A stretch of 64,000 nt of DNA from NCBI GenBank assembly GCA_036489375.1, contig DASXFX010000116.1, forward strand, positions 23,364 to 87,363, written 5' to 3'. The notes beneath the pieces are model-generated. The model worked only from the letters and a program-made list of their open reading frames with translations, made no database searches and was not told the DNA's origin. Below are positions 45,108-55,085 of this stretch, piece by piece (within the stretch, counting starts at the first letter, position 1; each line of letters opens with the position of its first letter). The position numbers and the translations under genes were made by a program. The DNA is from Candidatus Binataceae bacterium (GTDB lineage: Bacteria; Desulfobacterota; Binatia; Binatales; Binataceae).

Positions 45108-46706
45108 ATGAAATCGGAAGCCAAATCGGAAATCGCCGCCGCTCATCAGCAGGCCGATGCGGAAGTTCGCATCCTCTCGGCGCTTGGATGGGAAAAGTTG
45201 CTGGCGCAAACGCGCGCACTCGTGCCGGAGGCGTTTGGCTCCGATCGCCGGATTCTCAATCTGATCGGTGGAGATTGGCAGGAACCCGGTTACGAGCGCC
45301 CTTACAAAACCCCGAACGACAGCACGATGCTCGGCGCTCTGCCGTTTATCTCATACGAAGTCGCGCGTAATGCGGTCGAATTTGCTGCCAAAGAGCAGTC
45401 GGCGTGGGCGCAAGTTGATCTGGACGAGCGCAAACGGCGGGTCCAGGAGTGCCTGAACGCCATGAAGCACAACCGCATACTTTTGACTTCCCTCCTGATG
45501 TGGGAGATCGGCAAACCCTTCAAAATTGCGGAGGCTGACGTCGATCGCTGCATCTCTGGGGTAGAATGGTACGTCGACAAGATCGAACAGATGCTGGGCC
45601 GGCGTCAACCGCTCGGAATGGTGTCGAATATCGCCTCGTGGAACTATCCACTTTCGGCGTTATTTCACGCGGTTTTGGTTCAGGTGCTTGCGGGTAACAG
45701 TGCCATCATCAAAATCCCAACCGATGGCGGACTTTACGCCTTGACGATCTCGGCGGCGTTTGCGCGACGGGCGGGGCTGCCCATATCGCTAGTCAGCGGT
45801 CCGGGCGGAGATTTAAGCCGCGCATTGGTGTCAGATCCCGCGGTCTCATGTCTATCCTTTATCGGCGGCAAGGAGACCGGCAACGCAATCGCGGAGCGGA
45901 TGGAAATGCGCGGCGTTCCTTACATGCTGGAGATGGAAGGGATCAACGCCTACGGAGTGTGGGAATTTTCCAATTGGCCCGAACTCGAAAAGCAAATTAA
46001 AAAGGGCTTCGAATACGGCAAACAGCGGTGCACCGCGTATGTCCGTTTCGTCGTGCAACGCAAGCTCTTTCCACGCTTTCTCGATACGTATTTGAAGGTC
46101 GTCAAGTCACTCCGATTCGGTCATCCGGCTGCGGCTCCCACTGGCACCGATGATCCACCATCGTTCGATTTCGGACCATTGATCAGCGCCGGTAAGGCCG
46201 CCGAGCTTCGTGCGGACATTAATGAAGCAGTTCAACGAGGAGCGACCTGTCTGTTCGAGGGCCAGTTCGACGACAATTGCTTCGTGCCCGGACAGGAGCG
46301 CTCAGCCTATTTCGCTCCGGTGGCCCTCCTGGATATACCGCGGCATTGCACGCTCTATCATCTAGAGCCCTTCGGCCCGGTCGATTCTTTTTTGGTAGTC
46401 GATCGCCTGGACGAACTGATTCATGAAATGAATGTCTCCAACGGTTCGCTGGTTTCATCCATTGCTTGCGACGACACCGGCCTGGTGACAAAAATCGCCG
46501 CGCAACTGCGATCGTACAAAGTAGGAATCAACGCGGTGCGCTCGCGCGGCGACCGTGACGAGACCTTTGGCGGCCTCGGACAATCCTGGAAGGGATGTTT
46601 CGTGGGCGGCCGCCTGCTGGTCGAAGCTGTTACCCGACCCGAAATGCCTGACGAGCAGCTCTATGGAAACTTTAGCGCCTACACTCGACTACCCGATCAA
46701 CGGTGA
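45108..46706 (+). CDS. Aldehyde dehydrogenase family protein (divergent)
   Basis: 'SWNYPL', 'LEMEGINA' (position of the catalytic Glu block), 'GKQRCTAYVRFVV' (Cys block), 'EPFGPV'. Confidence 0.75.
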   Translation: MKSEAKSEIAAAHQQADAEVRILSALGWEKLLAQTRALVPEAFGSDRRILNLIGGDWQEPGYERPYKTPNDSTMLGALPFISYEVARNAVEFAAKEQSAWAQVDLDERKRRVQECLNAMKHNRILLTSLLMWEIGKPFKIAEADVDRCISGVEWYVDKIEQMLGRRQPLGMVSNIASWNYPLSALFHAVLVQVLAGNSAIIKIPTDGGLYALTISAAFARRAGLPISLVSGPGGDLSRALVSDPAVSCLSFIGGKETGNAIAERMEMRGVPYMLEMEGINAYGVWEFSNWPELEKQIKKGFEYGKQRCTAYVRFVVQRKLFPRFLDTYLKVVKSLRFGHPAAAPTGTDDPPSFDFGPLISAGKAAELRADINEAVQRGATCLFEGQFDDNCFVPGQERSAYFAPVALLDIPRHCTLYHLEPFGPVDSFLVVDRLDELIHEMNVSNGSLVSSIACDDTGLVTKIAAQLRSYKVGINAVRSRGDRDETFGGLGQSWKGCFVGGRLLVEAVTRPEMPDEQLYGNFSAYTRLPDQR

Positions 46707-46760
46707 CCGGCGAGCGGCGAGCCCCGGGCGCATTCCCTAAGGGAATAGTACGTACATCAG

Positions 46761-46786
46761 CCCGGCGCTCGTCCGGGTTTTTGTTT
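46761..46786 (+). terminator. Short stem-loop plus T-run after the aldehyde dehydrogenase gene
   Basis: CCCGG-cgctcgt-CCGGG followed by TTTTTGTTT. It abuts the stop of the convergent gene. Confidence 0.4.
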
Positions 46787-47207
46787 AGGCGCTGGCGATG
46801 GAGTCGAGGCCAGCTTGCGCGCACTCGATATCCTGATCCACCGAACCGCCACTCACGCCGATACCACCAACGACGACGTTATCAATTTTGATCGGCAAGC
46901 CGCCGCCGAAAACTGCGATACGAGGAATGTGCGGCACCCCCGCGAGCAAGGCCGGGTTGTCTTTTATGCGATTGAAGAAATCCTGCGATGGCGCGCCGAG
47001 CAACGCCGTGTAAGCCTTGTTCTGCGAGACCTCAATGCTGATTAAGGGCGCGCCGTCCATGCGGCAAAAGCCCTTTAGGAGGCCGCTTTCATCGAGGATC
47101 GCCACCACCTGCGGCACTCCGATTGATTTCGCCTTGGCGACTGCAGCCTCGATCATCTTCGCTGCCAATTCGGCACTCACTGTCCGTTTGGTAAAGGTCT
47201 TGTCCAT
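46785..47207 (-). CDS. GlcG/HbpS-like (DUF336) heme-binding family protein
   Basis: 'VVAILDESGLLKGFCRMDGA', 'SQNKAYTALLG', 'GGIGVSGGSVDQDIECAQAG'. Start at MDKTF, preceded by AGGAAGAGGA. Confidence 0.75.
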   Translation of the reverse strand: MDKTFTKRTVSAELAAKMIEAAVAKAKSIGVPQVVAILDESGLLKGFCRMDGAPLISIEVSQNKAYTALLGAPSQDFFNRIKDNPALLAGVPHIPRIAVFGGGLPIKIDNVVVGGIGVSGGSVDQDIECAQAGLDSIASA

Positions 47208-47303
47208 TTTCAGTTCCTCTTCCTGCAATCGCAGGCTCAAAATCCGATCGATGATTGGAATTCCCGTTGCACTAATCTGACAAGAGAGCGCATTGAAAAT
47301 CAG

Positions 47304-48710
47304 CTATCGCATGATCATGTTCAATCCGCTTGGTGTCGAATACCTCGTGAGATCCAAATAATCCTTAGGCACCTGTTCGTTGACATAAAATGGATGACTA
47401 TTGTCGGTCGGATCCGCGACGAACGATGCGTGGTTATTTTGAATATCCCAAAATGCGTAAATCAGGGAACCTGAGTTGTCGATCGGTCCGACGTTGGGAA
47501 CATCGACCGTACGTGGGAAAAGTCCAGCGATCTTCCACAGCTTGCCATCGGGATCGTACAATTCTTCCCATAGCGGCGCATTATCAGTCCTATCGACGTA
47601 CATCACGCGTTTGCCGTAGCAGTATCCTTTGTTTTGAGATGCGAGTTTAGTTGCTCCAATGACGTCCGTATCCCGCACCTGCCATTTTCCCCAGGACGGC
47701 ATCGGCCATCCGAGCGGCATATCATAGCCGTTCGGAAACTTGTTATCCGGCATCTTGGAAAGTATCAGAGCCAATACTTTTCTCTCGCCGGAATACTCGA
47801 CATTGAACTGAGTAATGTTCGAATTGAAGCCGGAACGGTAATCGTCCTGGTTGATGTCCAAGCCGGAATTCTGTCCGCAGCGCGCCGTGGCGGATACTCG
47901 TTGATAGCGCCGTAGTGAAGGAATGAACGCGTAGATGTCCTGCTGACGCGTGAGATCGTTATACGCAATCGTCAGTGAGGCGGTATAGCGATCCTGCTCT
48001 GGTTCCAGAATCATAAACCACTGCGTATAAAACCTGCCTTCCGGGTCGACCGTATTGGTAGTTCCAGGATCGGTGTTGTAGCTCAGTTGCCGATAGACCA
48101 CGTTGCCAGTTGCACAGTTTACGTTACCGGTACTATTGAGCGTGCATCCACTGGCGTGGCTGATGTACGAGAGATGTGGGATGTAGCGGTACCATACATT
48201 CGCTAGAATTTTCCAAGCCTTGTGCGGCTCCTGCGGGTTCGGGAACGGCAAGCCGCCTTGATAGTTGGCCAGCGTCAGGCCGCCATCCGGAAGTTCGACG
48301 ACCTTCACCTGACTCGAATACTTTTCGGTCGCGTCCTGGAAATTTTTCGGCGCCGGATTAAGAACAGTCGGTCCAACTTCGATCGATACATCCGCTGGCA
48401 TCTTCCAATAGTACTTGCCCGAAAAGAGATCGGCGACGCCGTCTGAAAAATACTGCCGGTACTGCTGCCAGTTCTGCATCGTGATTACGGTGCCGACGGG
48501 AATTCCGCCGGTGCCCGCAGTTACACCATCGTTCGACGGTTTTGCGGTGTCGGCCGAACCGGCAGGGGCTGTCCCGGCGCTGCTGCCGCTAATTGTGCTT
48601 GCCGATGTCGCGGGAGTGACGGCGGGCTGTTGCGCATTCGCCAAGCTCGGAGAAATTGCCAGCGCGACGATGAAGACAAACCGATGAACACGCTTCGTTC
48701 GCTGTATCAC
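47304..48710 (-). CDS. DUF1329-family secreted protein (LolA-like fold family)
   Basis: Signal peptide 'VFIVALAISPSLANAQ'. 'YQGGLPFPNPQEPHKAWKILANVWYRY' matches my recollection of the DUF1329 'GG.PFP.P...W N..R' block. Confidence 0.55.
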   Translation of the reverse strand: MIQRTKRVHRFVFIVALAISPSLANAQQPAVTPATSASTISGSSAGTAPAGSADTAKPSNDGVTAGTGGIPVGTVITMQNWQQYRQYFSDGVADLFSGKYYWKMPADVSIEVGPTVLNPAPKNFQDATEKYSSQVKVVELPDGGLTLANYQGGLPFPNPQEPHKAWKILANVWYRYIPHLSYISHASGCTLNSTGNVNCATGNVVYRQLSYNTDPGTTNTVDPEGRFYTQWFMILEPEQDRYTASLTIAYNDLTRQQDIYAFIPSLRRYQRVSATARCGQNSGLDINQDDYRSGFNSNITQFNVEYSGERKVLALILSKMPDNKFPNGYDMPLGWPMPSWGKWQVRDTDVIGATKLASQNKGYCYGKRVMYVDRTDNAPLWEELYDPDGKLWKIAGLFPRTVDVPNVGPIDNSGSLIYAFWDIQNNHASFVADPTDNSHPFYVNEQVPKDYLDLTRYSTPSGLNMIMR

Positions 48711-48974
48711 TAATAATTCCTTTCATTGCATCAACGTTCCGGCGCCTTCGATTTTCGCGAGACCCGCAGTGGCTGCCGATTGTCGTTGGCATATATCGCA
48801 GACGGTCGTCCTTTGCACGTCCATGACGGAGGTTTTCGACCGATCACGATGCCCAACCGCGGCGTGTTCCACAGCGCGAATCGAATGATCGATCTTATTG
48901 CGGCAGTCGTGGCATTGTACTTGTCGTTTGTGCGATTCTTCGCGGGCGCGTATCTCTCGCACGATAGACGGGTT

Positions 48975-50255
48975 ATGCCTCAGGAGATCAGTCTCGACGC
49001 CTTCGATATCGCGGACTTTGTTCGCGCTGGCGATCATATCGTTTGGGGGCAGGGTGCTGGTGAACCGGCGTCGCTGGTTGAGAAGCTACTCGAACAGCGC
49101 CATCGAATCGGCCATGCCAGCGTGTTCCTCGGCGGCGTTCGCTCACGCAGCACGCTCCAGCGCGAACATACCGATGTGCTCACCTTCAGCAGCCTCGGCG
49201 GAATCGGCAGCCTGCGCACTTTTGCTCGCGAAGGACTGCTGCAAATCGTCCCGTGCCACCTTTCGCAGATTCCCGGATATTTCGAACAGGGTATCTTTCG
49301 CGCTGATGTAGTTTTCGTGCAATTGAGCGAACCCGACGACCACGGCGAATACAGTTTTGCGCTCGGTAACGATTTTCAGCGGGCTGCAATGACGCAGGCG
49401 CGCGTCGTTATCGCGGAAGTCAACGATCGGGTGCCCTGGACCTGGTGCGACGGAGGAGTCGATCGGTCGCGTATCGACTATATAGTCAGGACTTCTCGAC
49501 CGCCCTTGGAAATCCGTGCTCAACCGATCGGGCCGGTTGAAGAATCGATCGCCCGCCACGTCGGACGTTATATCGATGACGGCACGACTATTCAGATCGG
49601 AGTCGGCGCGATTCCTGACGCGGTACTCGCGAGTGTCGGCGATCGACGCGATCTCGGATTTCATTCGGGCTTGATCAGCGACCGCACTGCCGACCTGATG
49701 GAGCAGGGCGCGATGACCAACGCACGCAAGCCGATCGACACGGGTTTCTCCACTGCGGGATGTCTGGTCGGAACGCGGCGTCTGCATAATTTCGCGCACC
49801 GAAACTCAGCCATTCGACTGTTCACGCCGGCGCATACGCATAGTCCGATGGTACTTAGCCGGTTGGGCAAAATCATCGCGCTAAACTCGGCGATTGAAGT
49901 CGATCTCACAGGACAGGTCAACGCGGAAGTCGCGGCGGGCGCTTATATGGGCGCTGTAGGCGGACAAGTCGATTTTGTGCGCGGTGTCCAGTTGTCGCCT
50001 GCCGGCCGCTCGGTTATCGCGTTGCCGGCAACCGCGCGAGACGATTCAATCACGCGAATCGTGGCGCGGCTGGAAGGCGGCGTCGTCACAACTGCTCGCA
50101 GTGACGCCGATATCATCGTGACGGAATATGGAGCCGCAGAATTGCGCGGACAAACGCTTGCCGAACGGGCTCGGCGAATGATCGCGATTAGTCATCCGGC
50201 TTTTCGCGAGACGCTCGAGCGCGAAGCCCATGAAATCGTCCGGCGCGGTGGATGA
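48975..50255 (+). CDS. Acetyl-CoA hydrolase/transferase family protein (4-hydroxybutyrate CoA-transferase-like)
   Basis: 'IQIGVGAIPDAVL', 'EVDLTGQVNAE', 'GGQVDFVRG'. Start at the internal ATG (MPQEISL...). The 83-aa upstream extension looks non-coding. Confidence 0.75.
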   Translation: MPQEISLDAFDIADFVRAGDHIVWGQGAGEPASLVEKLLEQRHRIGHASVFLGGVRSRSTLQREHTDVLTFSSLGGIGSLRTFAREGLLQIVPCHLSQIPGYFEQGIFRADVVFVQLSEPDDHGEYSFALGNDFQRAAMTQARVVIAEVNDRVPWTWCDGGVDRSRIDYIVRTSRPPLEIRAQPIGPVEESIARHVGRYIDDGTTIQIGVGAIPDAVLASVGDRRDLGFHSGLISDRTADLMEQGAMTNARKPIDTGFSTAGCLVGTRRLHNFAHRNSAIRLFTPAHTHSPMVLSRLGKIIALNSAIEVDLTGQVNAEVAAGAYMGAVGGQVDFVRGVQLSPAGRSVIALPATARDDSITRIVARLEGGVVTTARSDADIIVTEYGAAELRGQTLAERARRMIAISHPAFRETLEREAHEIVRRGG

Positions 50256-50306
50256 GAGAGCGCGTGCAGAGTGTTCTGCAGCCAACCGTCGTTAGGAGTG
50301 CCGTCG

Positions 50307-51752
50307 TCAGACGGAGGCCAGGCCGTCGATAATCCGTTCCATTGCTATACCGCGCGAACCTTTTACCAGCAGTACGTCGCCCGGTCGTATGAGGTCGCGC
50401 ACGATGCTGGCTGCAGCGATACTGTCGCCGGCTAGCTCAACCACAGATGGCCGGGCGACGTCGTCTGCGCCGACCTCGTGAACCGCCGCGGCGATTTCGG
50501 GACCCACCGCGACGCACGCGTCGGGCCTCGCGCGATATAGGTCGCGAACCGCCTCGACATGCATGGCATGAGAGAGTGATCCCAGTTCGAGCATGTCCCC
50601 TAAGGCCACGATCAGCCGCGTGCGGAGCCCGTCCGCAGTTTCCCGCGCCGCCGCGATCGCGACCCTTACCGAGCGGGGATTGGCATTATAGCTATCGTCG
50701 ATAACGATCACGTCAGAGACTTCGCGGGTAGCCAGGCGGCCCGGAACCGGCTGGACTGTCGCCAGCGCGCGGGATACCGCGGCCAGATCATTGCGTAGTA
50801 GCGGACGCCCAAGGGCAGCGCTCACTGCTGCCAATCCGGCCACCGCATTCATTGCCGAAGCAGCCCCGATCAATCCGAGATTGGCTTCGACTGCGGCATC
50901 GACTCCTTCAGCGGTAATCCATCGCGCCAACGCAATCGCGATCCGTTGACGGCCCGGCGATACGATGACACGGCTCGCAAGGCGCAGATCCGCTTCGGCC
51001 CCCGCGCCGAATTTTATCGTGCGCATCGACTCCGGAATCCGCGCGAGAAGCATCGACTCCGTCGTGCCGGCGATCGCGATGCGCGCGGTTTTGAAGAGTT
51101 CCGCCTCCTCATCGGCGACGCCTTCGAGAGATCCCAGGCCTTCGGTGTGTTCCACGTCCACGTTGAGCACGAGCGCGACGTCCGGCGCCACGATCGCGGC
51201 CAGCTGTGCAATTTCGCCGCGTTGATTGGTGCCGCACTCGAGTACCGCCGCATGGTGCGAATCCGTGAGTGTCAGGAGCGTCATCGGCAATCCGATCAGG
51301 TTGTTGAGATTGCCGGGCGTGGCCAGGATTTCGCCGAATAGCGCTCGCGCCATTGCGGCGGTCAACTCCTTGGTGGTGGTTTTGCCGGCTGCGCCACCGA
51401 TCGCGATCGTCGGAAGAGAATGATGCGCGCGTACGCGATTCAAATGAAACCGCGCCAGTGACCCGAGCGCTTTCAGGGTGTCGTCAACCTCAAAGCAAGC
51501 GAGTAGCGGATTGCCCCGGCCACGTTCGACCAACGCCCCCGCAGCGCCACGAGTTGCCGCGGCGTTCAGGAATTCGTGCCCATCGCGAACACCCTGGAGC
51601 GCGATGAACAAGTTGCCCGGTTCAATCGATCGCGAGTCGAGGCCGACGCCATCGAAGATCATCCTTTGCGCTCCGGTAAAGGTTGCGCCGGTCGCACGGA
51701 TGACGTCTGCCGCGCTGAAGTGGCATCGATTGACGGGGATGGGCGTCGCCAT
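50307..51752 (-). CDS. murF: UDP-N-acetylmuramoyl-tripeptide--D-alanyl-D-alanine ligase
   Basis: 'IGGAAGKTTTKEL' P-loop, 'ECGTNQRGEI', 'IDDSYNANPRS'. Confidence 0.8.
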   Translation of the reverse strand: MATPIPVNRCHFSAADVIRATGATFTGAQRMIFDGVGLDSRSIEPGNLFIALQGVRDGHEFLNAAATRGAAGALVERGRGNPLLACFEVDDTLKALGSLARFHLNRVRAHHSLPTIAIGGAAGKTTTKELTAAMARALFGEILATPGNLNNLIGLPMTLLTLTDSHHAAVLECGTNQRGEIAQLAAIVAPDVALVLNVDVEHTEGLGSLEGVADEEAELFKTARIAIAGTTESMLLARIPESMRTIKFGAGAEADLRLASRVIVSPGRQRIAIALARWITAEGVDAAVEANLGLIGAASAMNAVAGLAAVSAALGRPLLRNDLAAVSRALATVQPVPGRLATREVSDVIVIDDSYNANPRSVRVAIAAARETADGLRTRLIVALGDMLELGSLSHAMHVEAVRDLYRARPDACVAVGPEIAAAVHEVGADDVARPSVVELAGDSIAAASIVRDLIRPGDVLLVKGSRGIAMERIIDGLASV

Positions 51753-51875
51753 TCAAGAATTCTCCAGGGTTCTCTGATCTCGCCGACTATACAGCTCGGA
51801 TCATACCGCTTGACAATGCCGCTGCGGCACAGCAGCCTCCTTCGATTATAGCAACCGTAATGGAGGTGGCGTGCG

Positions 51876-52370
51876 ATGGCTTCAGCGGAATCACCGCTGG
51901 TAGGCGTGATCATGGGGAGCAAGAGCGACTGGGAGTATATGTCCGCGGCAGCCGAGGTCATGAGCGAACTCAAAGTAGCGCATGAATTGCGTGTGCTGTC
52001 GGCGCATCGTACGCCGGATCTGACGCTCGAGTATGCGGCGAATGCGGCTGCGCGGGGCTTGCGTGCGATCATCGCAGGTGCCGGCGGGGCCGCTCATCTC
52101 GCCGGCGTAGTCGCCGCAAAGACGCTCTTGCCGGTGATCGGCGTGCCGATGCCGACGACGAGTCTCAATGGCATGGATTCGCTCTTATCGATCGTTCAGA
52201 TGCCGAAAGGGGTGCCGGTCGCGACGATGGCAATTGGAAAGCCGGGCGCGGCCAATGCGGGCTTGTTCGCGTCAGCGATTATCGCACTCGGCGATGCCGA
52301 ACTGAGTGAGCGATTGAGAAAGTGGCGGGCCGCTCGTGTGCAGGAGTTGCTCGACCAGAAGCTGCCCTGA
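51876..52370 (+). CDS. purE: 5-(carboxyamino)imidazole ribonucleotide mutase
   Basis: 'VGVIMGSKSDWEYM', 'SAHRTPD', 'IIAGAGGAAHLAGVVAA', 'PVIGVP'. Confidence 0.9.
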   Translation: MASAESPLVGVIMGSKSDWEYMSAAAEVMSELKVAHELRVLSAHRTPDLTLEYAANAAARGLRAIIAGAGGAAHLAGVVAAKTLLPVIGVPMPTTSLNGMDSLLSIVQMPKGVPVATMAIGKPGAANAGLFASAIIALGDAELSERLRKWRAARVQELLDQKLP

Positions 52371-52418
52371 CGAAACCCGAGTTGCGTTCATGTTCCTGGC
52401 GGAATCTAATCGATAATT

Positions 52419-53207
52419 ATGCTGCGTCCGTTGATCACATTCACATTGATCGCCGCGTGCGCACTCGTCCTGATGCCGTCGCGAGCCTCGGCGCTGGAGG
52501 TTCGCAAGGCCGGCAAAATCAGTGTTCCCGCGAATGCGCAGGTGGTTCCATTCTCGACCGATGCGGTCGTGGCCGATGTGCTCCGCCAGGATTTCGACGC
52601 CGAGCATCGCGGAGCGGACGCGAATGCGTCGTCACCGGTTACACTGTCGGTCGCCGTGACCGAGGAGCCCTTGAGGCCGGGCGTTTCGCTACAGGATCTC
52701 GCCCCCGGAGACCCGGACGTCGAGGCGCTGCTGAAGTCGGCCGGGGCGACTCCACCTCCAGTTGGTGATACGGGTACGGACGTCGATGAAGTCGCACTCG
52801 CTCGAGCCCGCGCCGAGAATCACATGTTGCCGCCGGGCGCCACTCCGATGCAGAACATAATGAACCAGATCCAGACTCACAGTGAGCTCGGTCCACCTGC
52901 CGCGGATCCCTCCGGATGCCTTCCCGGAGCGCCCTGCACTGGACCCGGGATCGCTCCTGCGCCCGCACCCGGTACCCCCGGCTATACCGGCGACACCCAG
53001 GACTATATGTCGCAAGGCTACGAAGGTGCGGCGCGTCGCGCAAAGCGCATGCAGGCAAATCAGTTCGACAACGTTATCGTCGCACGAGTGTCAATCAGCG
53101 GATCGCCCGACGAGATGACCGTCGTCGCCGTGTTTCATCCGGGGGAGGATGAGCATGAAGCGAAGAAGATGATTGCCGAGGAAATCGTGAACGCCGCTCT
53201 CCATTGA
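52419..53207 (+). CDS. Hypothetical secreted protein
   Basis: Signal peptide 'FTLIAACALVLMPSRASA'. Pro/Gly-rich middle section. No recognisable domain. Confidence 0.5.
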   Translation: MLRPLITFTLIAACALVLMPSRASALEVRKAGKISVPANAQVVPFSTDAVVADVLRQDFDAEHRGADANASSPVTLSVAVTEEPLRPGVSLQDLAPGDPDVEALLKSAGATPPPVGDTGTDVDEVALARARAENHMLPPGATPMQNIMNQIQTHSELGPPAADPSGCLPGAPCTGPGIAPAPAPGTPGYTGDTQDYMSQGYEGAARRAKRMQANQFDNVIVARVSISGSPDEMTVVAVFHPGEDEHEAKKMIAEEIVNAALH

Positions 53208-53264
53208 TCTGCGGCGAAGGTCCTGTCGATTTCCCGCCCGAAGAAGTCCGACTGGCGGCCCAGC

Positions 53265-54383
53265 TCAGATTCGGTAGAAGTCCCGCCCGTTCTTACAGAG
53301 AATCTTCTCGATCGATGATGCGGGTAACATCGCCAGTTGCTCGCGCGCCTTAGCCACCGGATGGACGAAGCCTTCGGCGTGCGGATAATCCGAGCCGATG
53401 AAGAATTTATCGTCACCCGCGAACTGCACGATGTATTTGAACATTTTTTCTTCGGGATCGGCGCTGACCCAGATATTGCGCGCGAAGTATTCCGCCGCCG
53501 TCCGCTTCATTTGCGACGTATGACCCATGTAGCTGTAGCGATAGTCGATGCGTTCCAGCCATTCGCCGACCCATCCGACCATCGCCTCGACCGTCGCCAC
53601 ACGCAGCCTCGGAAAACGCTCGAACACCCCGTCGATAACCATTGTAGTCAGCGCCTGGCGCGGGTCCTGAATTAGATTCATGCTGAAGTACATCATTCCC
53701 GGCTTCGGGTTCTTGTACCACGCGCTTCCCGTGTAATTGCGGTGCGACACAAGGTGCAGGCCGATCGAAATATCGAGACCTTGCGCCGCCGCCCACACAG
53801 GATCGTAATCCGGATGACCGAAGCTGCGTCCGTTGATCGGTGCCGCCGATACGAAGGCCGTGCGGCATCCTAATTTCGCGACGCGATTGAGCTCGGCGAT
53901 CGCCAGTTCCGAATTCCGCAACGAGATATGCGCGGCCGGAAAGAGCCGTCCACGATTACCCGCGACGAGTTCGAATGCCCAGCGGTTGTACGCTCGGCAC
54001 AACGCGTCGGCCAGCATTGGATCCTCCAGCTCCCCCTCCCAGATGATGCCGAGGCTGGGATAGATGACCTGGAACTCGATTTCCTCGGCATCCAGGAAGC
54101 GTACGCGCGCGTCCATGTCCTGCCATTGTGCGCTGTAGGCCGTGTAGCGATCGAAGCTCGCCATATTGGCGCCTTCTTCCTTCTGTCCGTATCCGGAGAG
54201 CAGGCCCAGGACCTCGTCGATGTCGCGCAGCTTCAACGCACGATTGTCGCAAAGGAGTGCGCGCCTTCCGCTCACCGGGTCGTGAGCGACCTTGACCGCG
54301 CGATCACGCAGAGCCGGGTCGATATAGCGCTCGTACAAATCCAGCGGCTCCATGAAATGACTATCGCCGTCAACGATGTTCAT
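53265..54383 (-). CDS. Amidohydrolase-2 family metal-dependent hydrolase (ACMSD-like)
   Basis: 'MNIVDGDSHFMEP', 'FFIGSDYPHAEG'. Confidence 0.8.
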   Translation of the reverse strand: MNIVDGDSHFMEPLDLYERYIDPALRDRAVKVAHDPVSGRRALLCDNRALKLRDIDEVLGLLSGYGQKEEGANMASFDRYTAYSAQWQDMDARVRFLDAEEIEFQVIYPSLGIIWEGELEDPMLADALCRAYNRWAFELVAGNRGRLFPAAHISLRNSELAIAELNRVAKLGCRTAFVSAAPINGRSFGHPDYDPVWAAAQGLDISIGLHLVSHRNYTGSAWYKNPKPGMMYFSMNLIQDPRQALTTMVIDGVFERFPRLRVATVEAMVGWVGEWLERIDYRYSYMGHTSQMKRTAAEYFARNIWVSADPEEKMFKYIVQFAGDDKFFIGSDYPHAEGFVHPVAKAREQLAMLPASSIEKILCKNGRDFYRI

Positions 54384-54444
54384 TCCCGTACCCCCTTAGT
54401 TGCTAACTCTCTGCACGAGCGTCTTCTTGATTGACAGGTGCGGG

Positions 54445-54984
54445 TTAAGGATTGCGGCGCGTCCGTTTTCCGCCGCTCACCGCGGTCAGCAGCGGACCCT
54501 TGCCCTTGGCGCCGAAAATTCGAGTCGCCACGTATCCGGCGATTATATAGAAGGCCGCGAAGCCCAATTCCATCGCGCTGATTCTCGGATCGGTGCGCCA
54601 GCGCGTGGCCGCAAGAAATGCCGCTCCGAGCACCAGAAACGCGGTTAACTTCGGAATGAAGGCAGGCAGCGGCGAATTCGGATTTTCAGAAGCGCGAGCT
54701 GCCAACACCACCCACAACATCGCAACGCAGAAGGACGAGTCCAGCAAGATGATACCGAGCAGTGCGGTGCCGCCGTCGTTGAGCCACAGCGCGAGAAAAA
54801 ACAACGCCGTCGCGAGCGGGCCCAATACGAACGCGCGCCAGCTCAGCTTGATTTCGTCGCCGCGAGCACCGTCATCCATGCGCCTCAGTATCCGCAAGCC
54901 GCCCGGCTTTCCGCAAGCGCCGCGCCCATCCCCAAGTCCCACTCGGCCGTGGATGCAACACCCGGGAAGGTCGCGCGCATACAA
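54445..54984 (-). CDS. Hypothetical membrane protein (about 4 TM segments)
   Basis: Hydrophobic runs such as 'FVLGPLATALFFLALWL', 'LLGIILLDSSFCVAMLWVVLAA', 'LTAFLVLGAAFLAA', 'LGFAAFYIIAGYVA'. The start is uncertain (an ATG at 54879 is possible). Confidence 0.45.
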   Translation of the reverse strand: MYARDLPGCCIHGRVGLGDGRGACGKPGGLRILRRMDDGARGDEIKLSWRAFVLGPLATALFFLALWLNDGGTALLGIILLDSSFCVAMLWVVLAARASENPNSPLPAFIPKLTAFLVLGAAFLAATRWRTDPRISAMELGFAAFYIIAGYVATRIFGAKGKGPLLTAVSGGKRTRRNP

Positions 54985-55085
54985 TAGATAGACAAGTTCG
55001 TTCCGCGATGGCAGGCTCCTCGAAAATAAAGCGTGTCGCTAGTACGTCGGCGCACCAATCATCACTCAATGCTGCGGAGGCTACC

